NCBI GenBank assembly: GCA_048983575.1
Contig: JBLZTD010000001.1
Coordinates: 2,562,005 to 2,594,004 of the forward strand
DNA length: 32,000 nucleotides
Reading direction: 5' to 3'
Origin: Thalassobaculum sp.
GTDB lineage: Bacteria; Pseudomonadota; Alphaproteobacteria; Thalassobaculales; Thalassobaculaceae
The notes beneath the pieces are model-generated. The model had not been told where the DNA came from. It worked only from the letters and a program-made list of their open reading frames with translations, and ran no database searches. Positions 8,428 to 16,724 of the stretch are shown piece by piece (position 1 is the first letter of the stretch; every line of letters starts with the position of its first letter). Made by a program: the position numbers and the translations under genes.

Positions 8428-8449
8428 GGCCTATTCACTTGGAGGGCTG

Positions 8450-10248
8450 TCAGGCCGACTTCTTAAGAGCGGCGGGCTGCTCCAGGATATCCGGACCCAG
8501 ATCGACGGCCGCGTCGTATTGCGAGAGGTAGATCTTCCCGGTCAGATCGTCGATGAAGTGCGTCCGCAGCAGCCGGTCCATGACCGGTCCCTTCACCTCG
8601 GAGAGGTGGAACCGAATCCCCAGGAGGTCCAGGCGGTGATTGATCGCCTCCAGGGATTCCAGCGCGCTGCTGTCGATCTCGTTGACCGCCGAGCACATCA
8701 GAATGACATGCTTCAGTTGCCGGTCGCCGGCCGCCCGGTCGTAGATGTAATCCTCGAGAGACCGGGCGTTCGCGAAGTAGAGACTTCTCGTCTACCCGCA
8801 GGGTGAAGACGGTCGGCACCGTCTGGACGGCGTGGCGCCGGATGTTCCGGAAGTGCTGGGTGCTTCGGGACCAGACCGACTTCGGCGATGTGGGGGCGCG
8901 AGGTCTTGAAGAGGAACAGGAGGATCGATAATGCGACCCCGGCGGAAACCCCGGCTTCGACTCCGAGGCCGAGGGTGACGGCGATGGTCGCGGCGGCCGC
9001 GGCGAAGTCGGTCTTGGAATATCCCCAGGTGCGTTTGAGGACCGTGAAGTCGACCAGGGACAGAACGGCGACGATGATCGTGGCGGCGAGCGTCGCCTTC
9101 GGCAGGTCGTGCAGCAGCGGGGTCAGGGCGAAGGCGGCGAGACAGATGCCGACCGCCGTGAAGGCGCCCGCCGCCGGTGTTTCCGCGCCGGCGTCGAAAT
9201 TGACGACCGAGCGGGCGAAGCCCCCGGTGACGGGATATCCGCCGGTGACCGAGGCCGCCACGTTGGCGGCGCCCAGGCCGATGAGTTCCTGATCCGGGGC
9301 AATCCGCTGGCGTTTCTTGGCGGCAAGGGTCTGGGCGACGGAGACGGACTCGACAAATCCGATGACCGAGATCAGCACCGCCGAGCCGAGCAGGCTGGTC
9401 CACAGATCCATGTCGAAAACCGGGATCGTGAGCGGCGGCAGGCCTTGCGGTACGGTCCCGACGATGGCCACGCCGACGGAGTCCAGGTCGAGAATCCGCG
9501 TCGCCAGGATCGTCGCCGCGACGGCGGCGACCGGGCCGGCCCTGGCCAGCAGATCGGCCATCCGGCCGCCGATCCCCATACGGATCAGCAAGGGCTTCAG
9601 ACCTTTGCGGACCCAGAACAGAAACGCCGTCGCGGCGGCGCCGATTGCCAGGGTGACGGGGTTCGTCTCCGACAGATGGGTGACCAGCGACCTCGCCAGC
9701 TCGTACAGATTGTGGCCCGAGGCGTCGATGCCGAGGATGTGCTTGAGCTGGCTGGTCGCGATGATGATACCGGAGGCGGTGATGAATCCGGCGATCACCG
9801 GATGGCTGAGAAAGTTCGCCAGAAAGCCGAGCCTCAGGGCTCCCATCGCCAGAAGAATGAGACCCGACAGCAGGGCGAGCACGATGGCTGCCGCGGCGTA
9901 GTCCGCCGGGTTGGTGAGCCCGAGATTTCCGATTGCGGCCGCGGTCATGAGCGAGACGACCGCCACCGGCCCGACCGCCAGGGCGCGGCTGGTCCCGAAC
10001 ACCGCGTAGGCGACCAGCGGCAGGATTGAGGCATAGAGCCCCATCTCGGCCGGGAGGCCTGCGAGCAGCGCATAGGCCAGAGACTGCGGGATCAGCATGA
10101 TGGTGACGATCACCGCCGCCATCAGGTCGCTGGCCAGCGTGTCCCGGTCGTAGCGCGCCCCCCAGTCGAGGATCGGCAGGTATCTGGCGAGCGGTCGCGC
10201 GGCGGGGGGCGCCGCTCCCGCCGGCATCTGGGTCTGAGGGTCGGACAT
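8450..10248 (-). pseudogene. SulP-family anion transporter with C-terminal STAS domain, frame-disrupted (2 sites)
   Basis: ORF 8713..10248 carries the membrane domain. The family-typical continuation ...STQHFRNIRRHAVQTVPTVFTLRVDE / SLYFANARSLEDYIYDRAAGDRQLKHVILMCSAVNEIDSSALESLE... (STAS) is split across three frames. The frame jumps lie at about 8864 and about 8786. The 1799-nt span minus 2 nt gives 599 codons. Confidence 0.85.
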
Positions 10249-10275
10249 GCCGTTTCGGCTTTCGCTCTGGTGTCG

Positions 10276-11975
10276 TCAGGCGCCAGTGGGGCCGGCGCTC
10301 ACCTTCTCGGGCTTGGCCAGCCATTCGCGGCCGCGCAGCATGGCCCGCCAGTAGATCGGCGGCAGAAACCGCTCCTTCAGCAGCCATGCCAATCGGCTCG
10401 GCCTGCGTCCCGTCGATCAGCCAGCCCGGGAAACTCGGCAGCAGCTTTGCCGCCATAGCCGAATTCGGCCAGAACGATCTTGCCCCGCTCCACGGTCAGC
10501 GGGCAGGAGCCGTAGCCGTCGTAGTGCGCCATGCCTGCGCCTTCCCGGCCATGTCGGCCACCACGTTTTCGGCGACGATCGGCGCCTGCTTGCGGGCGGC
10601 GGCGGCGGTCTTGGCGTTCGGCGCGTTCATCACGTCGCCGAGGCTCCAGACGTTGGCGTACGTCCTTATGGCGCAGGGTCTCCTGGTCGACATCGACCCA
10701 GCCCGCAGCATCGGCGAGCGGGGAGACCCGCACGAAATCGGGTGCCGTCTGCGGCGGGCAGACATGGATCATGTCGAAGCCGACCTCCACCGTCTCCGGC
10801 GCCTTGTCCGGTTTGGTCGACCTCGAACCAGGCTTTCTTCGCCGGGCCGTCGATCGCTGTCAGATCGGTGGAATGAAGTTGAGCTCGCGCATCGTAACGC
10901 TCGACATACTCCATCAGGGCCGGGACGTACTCCTTCACCCCGAACAGCACGCCGCCGGCGTTGTAGAAGCCGACATCGATGTCCCTGAGCCGGCCGGTGC
11001 GGCGCCAATGATCGGCCGACAAGATACATCGCCTTTTGCGGTGCGCCGGCGCATTTGATCGGCATCGGCGGCTGGGTGAACACCGCTTTGCCGCTCCTCA
11101 ACCCCTGCACCAGGTCCCAGGTATAGGGCGCGAGGTCATAGCGGTAATTTGACGTCACGCCGTTGCGTGCCGAGCGTGTCGACGAGGCCGTCGACCCCAT
11201 GCCAGTCCAGCTTCAGACCCGGGCAGACGATCAGGCGCTTGTACTTGACGACCCGGCAGCCATCGAGAATGACGGCGTCGGCCTTGGGTTCGAACGCGGC
11301 CACCGCGGATTTGATCCAGCGCACACCCTGCGGGATCAGCGAGGCCATGGTCTTGGCGGTTTCGTCCGCTTCGAAGATGCCGCCGCCGACCATGGTCCAG
11401 CCCGGCTGATAATAGTGCACGTCCGCCGGATCGATGATCGCGACGTCCAGGCTCGGCACGCGGGCGATCAGGCTCGCGGCGACAGAAATTCCGGCGGCCC
11501 CGCCGCCGACGATGACGACGTCGTGGGAGGCGTCGCCGGTTTCCGTCGGCGTGCGGCCGCCGTTGGCGATGCGCCGTACGACACCCGCCATGTCGTAGCC
11601 CGCCGCCTTGGTGCGGGCCAGGATGTCCGGCAGCGGCCGAGTGCCGGCTTCCGAAAGCGCCCATAGAGTGGCGGAGCGGGTCCCCGTGCGGCAATAGGCC
11701 AGCACCGGCTTCGGCAGTTCGGCGAGAACCTTGCCGAATTCGGCGGCATCCTCGTCCCGCACCATCCCCGAGGTCACCGGCTGGTACCGAGCTTCCATAC
11801 CGGCCGCCGCCGCCGCCTTCTGGATCTCCTCGAATGTCGGCTGATCGGCGCCTTCCCCGTCGGGGCGGTTGCAGATGACCGCCCGGAATCCTGCCGCCGC
11901 GGCCTCGGCCATGTCGGCGGGGGAGACCTGCGGGCGGACCGTGAGCCCGTCGGTGAGCTTTCTGTTCTCTTCCAT
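10276..11975 (-). pseudogene. DUF442/TIGR01244 (PTP-fold sulfurtransferase-like) domain fused to an FAD-dependent sulfide:quinone-oxidoreductase-like flavoprotein, frame-disrupted (7 sites)
   Basis: Starts at the ATG at 11975 (SD GGAGG upstream), inside ORF 11136..12923. Contains CRTGTRS and the FAD motif VVIVGGGAAG. The canonical SQR-like sequence can be followed through ORFs 10769..11200, 10666..11022, 10377..10790, 10496..10765 and 8792..10456 to the stop at 10276. Frame jumps lie at about 11168, 11020, 10815, 10661, 10533, 10445 and 10407. Confidence 0.8.
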
Positions 11976-12019
11976 ACCGAGATCCTCCCTGGATTCTTTT
12001 CGCGGGTACCCGCCGATCT

Positions 12020-12908
12020 TCAGAGCGCGTTGACCGGCAGTTTGAGGAAGGTCCGGCCGTCCCTGTCGGGCGGGGGCAACTGGCCGGCCCGCATGTTCAC
12101 CTGAAGCGACGGCAGGATGAGCGCGCGGCATGTCCAGGGTCGCGTCGCGCGCTTCCCGCATGGCGACGAACTCGTCGCGGGTCTTGCCGCCGCCGACATG
12201 GATGTTATGGGCCTTCTCGTCCCGGACCGTGGTCTCCCACCGGATCTCCCGGCCGTTGGGGCCGTAGTCGTGGCACATGAACAGCCGCATATCGTCGGGC
12301 AGGGCCAGGACCTTCTGGATCGAGTCGTACAGGGTTCCGGCATCGCCCCCGGGGAAATCGGCCCGTGCGCTGCCGCCGTCGGGCATGAACAGCGTGTCGC
12401 CGACAAAGGCGGCGTCACCGATCACATGGGTCATGCAGGCCGGCGTGTGGCCGGGCGTGTGCATTGCGAAGCCTGTCATGCCGCCGATCCGGTACGTGTC
12501 ACCGTCGTCGAACAGCCGGTCGAACTGGCTCCCGTCCCGCTGGAATTCGGTGCCCTCGTTGAACACCTTGCCGAAGGTCTCCTGGACCACCGTGATGTTG
12601 CGGCCGATGCCGAGCTTGCCGCCGAGGGCCTGCTGGATATACGGCGCCGCGGACAGATGGTCGGCATGGACATGGGTCTCGATCAGCCACTCGACCGTCA
12701 GGCCCTTGTCCCTCACATAGGCGATGATGGCGTCGGCGTGATCGTAGGTGATCCGGCCGGCCGCGTAGTCAATGTCCATTACCGAGTCGATGACGGCGCA
12801 GGCGCTGGACGCCGGGTCCTTCACGACATAGCTGATCGTATTGGTGGCCTCGTCGAAGAAGGCCTCGATCTCCGGTCTGGTGGACATGTCGATGGGATTG
12901 TCGGTCAT
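12020..12908 (-). pseudogene. MBL-fold persulfide-dioxygenase-like hydrolase (Blh/PDO type), one frame disruption
   Basis: N-terminal part of ORF 11136..12923. I prefer the ATG at 12908 because GGAGGAA lies 6 nt upstream. The metal motif is HVHADH. After ...DATLDMPR the family-typical tail LILPSLQVNMRAGQLPPPDRDGRTFLKLPVNAL continues in the frame of ORF 12020..12418. The jump lies at about 12122 in a gcgcgcg run. Confidence 0.8.
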
Positions 12909-12930
12909 CGGGTGTTCCTCCATTTGGTCG

Positions 12931-13396
12931 TTATCTGGTGGCTTGGGGCCCGGGCTCCGATTGGGCGGCGGACGGGCCGGTGCCGCTCGGTTTGGGAAGC
13001 ATGCGGGCGGCCAGGATGCCGGCGACGACGGCGGCCACGAACGCCGCCATCTCGATGCGCCCTGTTCCCAGGGCCGGCAGCGCGCCGCCCGGGCAGAAGC
13101 CGGCGATCCCCCAGCCGATGCCGAAGATCGCCGCGCCCGAGATCAGTCTCGTGTCCAGATCCCGCCGGGTCGGAACCTGGAACGTCTCGGCCAGGACGGG
13201 GGCCGGACGGCGAAGGACCAAGCGGTAGCCGAGGGCGGTGACCGCCAGCGCGCCGCCCATCACGAAGATCAGGCTCGGATCCCAGGTGCCGGCGACATCG
13301 AAGAAATTCAGCACCTTGGCGGGGTTCGCCATGCCGGAGATGACGATGCCAAGTCCGAAGACGAGACCGATCAGGTAGGCGGTGAGGACTTCGCAT
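12931..13396 (-). pseudogene. DUF6691 / YeeE-YedE-like sulfur-transport membrane protein (second half-transporter), start region frame-disrupted
   Basis: ORF 12931..13332 has GIAGFCPGGALPALG. The expected first TM helix (EVLTAYLIGLVFGLGIVISG) is in frame upstream of Met-13332, but the only ATG (13396) is offset by one base (ATG-c-GAA...). The alternative is an intact shorter CDS at 12931..13332. Confidence 0.6.
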
Positions 13397-13398
13397 GA

Positions 13399-13830
13399 TC
13401 AGCCTCCGATGCCGTGCCGAATGACGAAGACGGTCGTCGCGGTGGTCGCCATGAACACCAGCGTCGCCGCAATCGACCGGGGCGAGAGTCGGGCCATGCC
13501 GCAGACCCCATGGCCGGAGGTGCAGCCGTTGCCCAGGGACGCGCCGAAACCGACGATCACGCCGCCGACGATCAGGTAGGTCAGCGAGACGGGAACGGTG
13601 ATCTCGGGGAGGGCGCCGGTTGCCAGAAGCATGACCGTCGGCGCGCTCGCCATGCCGGCAACCATCGCCGCCCGCCATACCCATTCCTGAAATCCGGAGG
13701 GCAGCACGATCCCCGACAGAATTCCTGTCGCGCCGGCGATCCGGCCGTGCAGCGCCATGAGAAGGACCGCCGCCAGCCCGATCAGAAGGCCGCCTGCGAG
13801 TGACGCGAAGGGGGTGAAAGTGGTTTCCAT
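13399..13830 (-). CDS. YeeE/YedE-family sulfur-compound transport membrane protein
   Basis: 143-aa ORF with SD GGAG upstream. It carries the conserved Cys-containing motif GNGCTSGHGVCGMARLS. Confidence 0.85.
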   Translation of the reverse strand: METTFTPFASLAGGLLIGLAAVLLMALHGRIAGATGILSGIVLPSGFQEWVWRAAMVAGMASAPTVMLLATGALPEITVPVSLTYLIVGGVIVGFGASLGNGCTSGHGVCGMARLSPRSIAATLVFMATTATTVFVIRHGIGG

Positions 13831-13890
13831 GCAGCAAGCTCCACGTCTACGGAAATGGCGTATGTAATATGATCCACCAATCCGCCGGAC

Positions 13891-13915
13891 CCGTCGGTGA
13901 CAAAGTCACCAACGG
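13891..13915. promoter_or_regulatory. 25-bp near-perfect palindrome CCGTCGGTGAC-AAA-GTCACCAACGG (operator candidate, copy 1)
   Basis: Read directly, with 10/11 complementary arm positions. Its centre lies 73 nt upstream of the YeeE start codon in the 101-nt gap after the peroxiredoxin gene. The core is shared with 15987-16009. Confidence 0.5.
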
Positions 13916-13931
13916 GCCGCGATGCGGGCGG

Positions 13932-14570
13932 TCAGCCGAGCATCCGGGTCGAGAAGTACCAGTCGGTCGTCTTATAGCCCTCTGACGCCCGGGCTTCGGC
14001 AGCGGCGGCGGTCGCGGGCGGCGGGACAATGACCGCCTCGCCCGGCTGCCAGGCTTCCGGAGTCGCGACCTTGTTGGCGTCGGACGTCTGAAGCGCCTGG
14101 ATCAGCCGATAGAACTCGTCGATCGAGCGTCCGTTCGTCATCGGATAGTAGACCATCGCCCGCAGGATGCCGTCGGGGTCGATCACGAAGGTGGCGCGGA
14201 CCGCCGACGTATCCGAGGCCCCCGGCTGGATCATGCCGTAGGCCTTGGCGACCTCCATCGACAGGTCGGCGATGATCGGGAAGGGGATCTCGACGCCGAA
14301 ATTGTCCTTGATGTTGCGCATCCAGGCGATGTGGGCGTAGTGGCTGTCGATCGAGAGCCCGAGAAGATCGCAGTTGAGTTTGGCGAAGTCGTCGGCCCGG
14401 CGGGCGAAGGCCATGAACTCCGTCGTGCAGACCGGGGTGAAGTCGGCCGGATGCGAGAACAGGATGAGCCACTTGCCGCGGTAGTCGGCGAGCCGGCGCC
14501 GACCGTCGGTGGTCGGGGCGTCGAACGCCGGAGCGGGTTCGTTCAGCCGGGGGAATTGAATCTCGGTCAT
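13932..14570 (-). CDS. 1-Cys peroxiredoxin (Prx6-like)
   Basis: 212-aa ORF. The peroxidatic motif is FTPVCTTE, followed by LLGLSIDSHYAHIAW. No resolving-Cys motif is evident. Confidence 0.9.
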   Translation of the reverse strand: MTEIQFPRLNEPAPAFDAPTTDGRRRLADYRGKWLILFSHPADFTPVCTTEFMAFARRADDFAKLNCDLLGLSIDSHYAHIAWMRNIKDNFGVEIPFPIIADLSMEVAKAYGMIQPGASDTSAVRATFVIDPDGILRAMVYYPMTNGRSIDEFYRLIQALQTSDANKVATPEAWQPGEAVIVPPPATAAAAEARASEGYKTTDWYFSTRMLG

Positions 14571-14619
14571 GGAATGGATCCTTTCTTTGGTAGTGGGACT
14601 CGGGAAGGAGCGGGAGCGG

Positions 14620-15222
14620 CTACTCGCTTCTGACGAACATCTTTTCCCGGTTGAGCGTGTATCCCCACGGCAGGCCGCTGTTCTTCCAGCCGTCCTTCAG
14701 GCGCCAGGGCCCGTTGGGGTGGTCCTTCAGGGCGCCGCCCTCGAAGCCGTCGACGACGACGTAAACACGCTCGAACCCTCGACCCTCCAGGGCCTTGGCG
14801 GAAGGCGCCCCGCGGGATCCGCCGGAGCGGCACATCAGAATGACCGGTGCCGACTTGTCGAGACCCTGTGCGGCGAGGGCCGCATCGATGGCATCTGCGA
14901 AGCCCGGGTTGCGCTCCATCAGGAACACAGATTTCTTCGCGTTCCAGGCCCCCGGATTGGAGAGCAGGAAGGGGATGTTGACGTCGACCACGTCCGTGAA
15001 TCCGGTGAACATGATCTCGATCGGATCGGGGACGTCGACGAACAGCACCTTGCTGCCTTCGGCCGTCTTCATGTCGTGGGCTTCCTTGGCCGTGAGGTAC
15101 AGGCCCCAGGGCGTCTGCTTGGCCGGATCGCTCGGGGCGTCGGCCGCATGGGCGGGAAGGGGTCCGAGCGTCAGGGCGCAGGCCATGGCGCCGGCCAGAA
15201 CCGCTCTTCGTAACGTGGTCAT
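14620..15222 (-). CDS. Rhodanese-domain sulfurtransferase with N-terminal signal peptide (periplasmic)
   Basis: 200-aa ORF with SD GAGGAGG upstream. The signal-like N-terminus is MTTLRRAVLAGAMACALTLGPLPAHA. The active-site loop is CRSGGSR. Confidence 0.85.
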   Translation of the reverse strand: MTTLRRAVLAGAMACALTLGPLPAHAADAPSDPAKQTPWGLYLTAKEAHDMKTAEGSKVLFVDVPDPIEIMFTGFTDVVDVNIPFLLSNPGAWNAKKSVFLMERNPGFADAIDAALAAQGLDKSAPVILMCRSGGSRGAPSAKALEGRGFERVYVVVDGFEGGALKDHPNGPWRLKDGWKNSGLPWGYTLNREKMFVRSE

Positions 15223-15235
15223 CGGTCGTGCCTCC

Positions 15236-15691
15236 TCAGAAACTCAGGACCCGGGTGTCGTCGTCCATCAACCGGGCAGCCATCGCCGGCGGTTTGGCGA
15301 CGGTCACGCCGTCGATCAGGGCGCCGGCCCCGACTCCCCGGTTCGGCAGATAGAGGGCGCAGACCTGCACCGATGTGCCGTGGGCCTGCATGATTTTCTT
15401 CATCAGTCCCTGCGGGCTCATGTCCTTGGGGGCCTGGGGGGCCGTCGCCGACGCGGGGGCCTCCTTGAGGGCGATGTCCCCGCCGGGGCCGCACAGCAGG
15501 ATGTGGCCCTTGGCCCCCTGTTGCACCGCCTGCATCGTCAGCACCATTGCCATCAGCTGGGTCTGCGGATCCGGCGACGTGACGACGGTCACCAGCGCCT
15601 TGTCGTCCCCGGCCAGGGCGGCGGAAGCGCCCATCACACCGGTAATGGCAAGTAGGGCAGAGGCGGCGATCGTGTTGCGAAGAAATCGCAT
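15236..15691 (-). CDS. DsrE/DsrF-like family protein with signal peptide
   Basis: 151-aa ORF with SD GGAG upstream. The signal-like N-terminus ends AALAG. It has the DsrE-like layout with conserved Cys residues (ILLCGPGG, VCALYLP). The family call is from memory. Confidence 0.65.
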   Translation of the reverse strand: MRFLRNTIAASALLAITGVMGASAALAGDDKALVTVVTSPDPQTQLMAMVLTMQAVQQGAKGHILLCGPGGDIALKEAPASATAPQAPKDMSPQGLMKKIMQAHGTSVQVCALYLPNRGVGAGALIDGVTVAKPPAMAARLMDDDTRVLSF

Positions 15692-15716
15692 GGCGAACTC
15701 CTGTCTGAGAGAGGTT

Positions 15717-15929
15717 TCAGATCCGGCAGGTATTCATGCCGAGCAGCCGATAGAGCGGGCAGAATCTCAGGCCGGCGGTCAGGACGAGAACGGCGCCGAC
15801 GACCGGGACGCCGAAACGGGCCACAGGCATGTCCCAGAGGGCGAATTCGGTGACGAAAGGCAGGGCGATGAGCGCCACGCCCAGAACCAAGCGGGCGATG
15901 CGGTCGAAATTTCCGACGTTTGCAGTCAT
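15717..15929 (-). CDS. DUF2892 (YgaP-like) small membrane protein
   Basis: C-terminal part of ORF 15717..16007. The ATG at 15929 has GGAGAA upstream. Family-typical features are NFDRIARLVLG... and the C-terminal RFCPLYRLLGMNTC. The longer ORF start would translate the palindrome at 15987-16009. Confidence 0.75.
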   Translation of the reverse strand: MTANVGNFDRIARLVLGVALIALPFVTEFALWDMPVARFGVPVVGAVLVLTAGLRFCPLYRLLGMNTCRI

Positions 15930-15986
15930 GGCGGCTTCTCCGGGTGCTTCGTTGAACACCCGTACCTTGGCGGTTTGCCGCGAGGA

Positions 15987-16009
15987 CGTCGGTGACATTG
16001 TCACCAAGG
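15987..16009. promoter_or_regulatory. Palindrome CGTCGGTGAC-ATT-GTCACCAAGG (operator candidate, copy 2)
   Basis: Shares CGTCGGTGAC-N3-GTCACCAA with 13891-13915. Its centre lies 69 nt upstream of the DUF2892 start and about 60 nt downstream of the Crp/Fnr gene stop. Confidence 0.5.
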
Positions 16010-16067
16010 CTATGGCAATGCGGAAAGACCGTCCGTACCCCAGCCGGGGCGTCGGTGGGACCTTAGG

Positions 16068-16724
16068 CTAGGCGGCGGCGAAGGCCTCGAGCGCGCCCTG
16101 GTCGCGCACCGTGATCCGTCCCCGCGCCGCGGCGATCCACCCGCGCCGCTGAAACTCCTGAAGCTGGCGCGAGACCACTTCCCGTGCGGTGCCGAGCTCC
16201 GTCGCAAGTTGGTGATGCGTGAGCTGAATGTCGCCTTTGTCGCTCTCAAGTTCGAGGAGCTTCTGTGCCAGGCGGATATCCACCCGCTGGAAGGCGATCT
16301 CCTCGATCACCATGAAGAGATCGGTGATGCGCTTCGAATAGGCGGTAAAGACGAAACTCCGGAACACGCTCGAGCGGACGATCATGTCCTCGAAGACGTT
16401 GCGGGGAATGGCGGCCGCGGAGACATCGGTTTCGGCGATGCCTTCGGCACTGTAGTCCTCGTAGGCCAGGAGGCAGGCCGTCGTCAGGACGCAGCTTTCA
16501 TGGGCATGGACCCGGTACAGAACGATCTCGCGTCCGGACTCGGAGACCTGTTGAACCCGGACGACGCCCGACAGGAGAAGTAACAGGTTTTCCGGCGCCT
16601 TTCCCGGTCCGAAGATCACGGTGCCGGCCGGTACCGTGACGATCCGGCTGCGTTCCGTCAGGGTTTTCCGGAGATCCGCATCCAGCCGCGAGAGCCCGGG
16701 AAACTGGTCGATCCAATCAGACAA
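16068..16724 (-). CDS. Crp/Fnr-family transcriptional regulator (cNMP-binding-like domain + C-terminal HTH)
   Basis: 218-aa ORF with a TTG start preceded by GGGGAGGG with a 7-nt spacer. The C-terminal HTH is LTHHQLATELGTAREVVSRQLQEFQRRGWI. It has no FNR-type N-terminal Cys cluster. Confidence 0.88.
   Translation of the reverse strand: MSDWIDQFPGLSRLDADLRKTLTERSRIVTVPAGTVIFGPGKAPENLLLLLSGVVRVQQVSESGREIVLYRVHAHESCVLTTACLLAYEDYSAEGIAETDVSAAAIPRNVFEDMIVRSSVFRSFVFTAYSKRITDLFMVIEEIAFQRVDIRLAQKLLELESDKGDIQLTHHQLATELGTAREVVSRQLQEFQRRGWIAAARGRITVRDQGALEAFAAA

Noticed and set aside
10102-10114. GGTGAC-GA-TCACC palindrome inside the SulP coding region, similar to the operator core
   Set aside because: It has different spacing (2 versus 3 central bases) and lacks the conserved CGTC/AA flanks. 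It lies deep inside a coding region, so the resemblance is most likely chance.
8792-10456. 554-aa minus-strand ORF covering the SulP gene in another frame
   Set aside because: Its body is Arg/Gly/Pro-rich junk overlapping the genuine SulP frame. Only its first approximately 20 codons (LLPSFPGWLIDGT) are real, as one fragment of the frame-shifted SQR-like gene.
10276-11975. Programmed ribosomal frameshifting or recoding as an explanation for the multiple frame changes, and for the TAG at 28830
   Set aside because: Seven shifts in one gene have no shared slippery heptamer or stimulatory structure at the junctions. The same type of lesion occurs in seven other unrelated genes. Indels (real or technical) are the simpler explanation.
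12117-13837. Plus-strand ORF 12117..13241 (374 aa) and minus-strand ORF 12905..13837 (310 aa)
   Set aside because: These are alternative-frame or antisense shadows of the PDO-like, DUF6691 and YeeE genes, with low-complexity Arg/Gly/Asp-rich translations.
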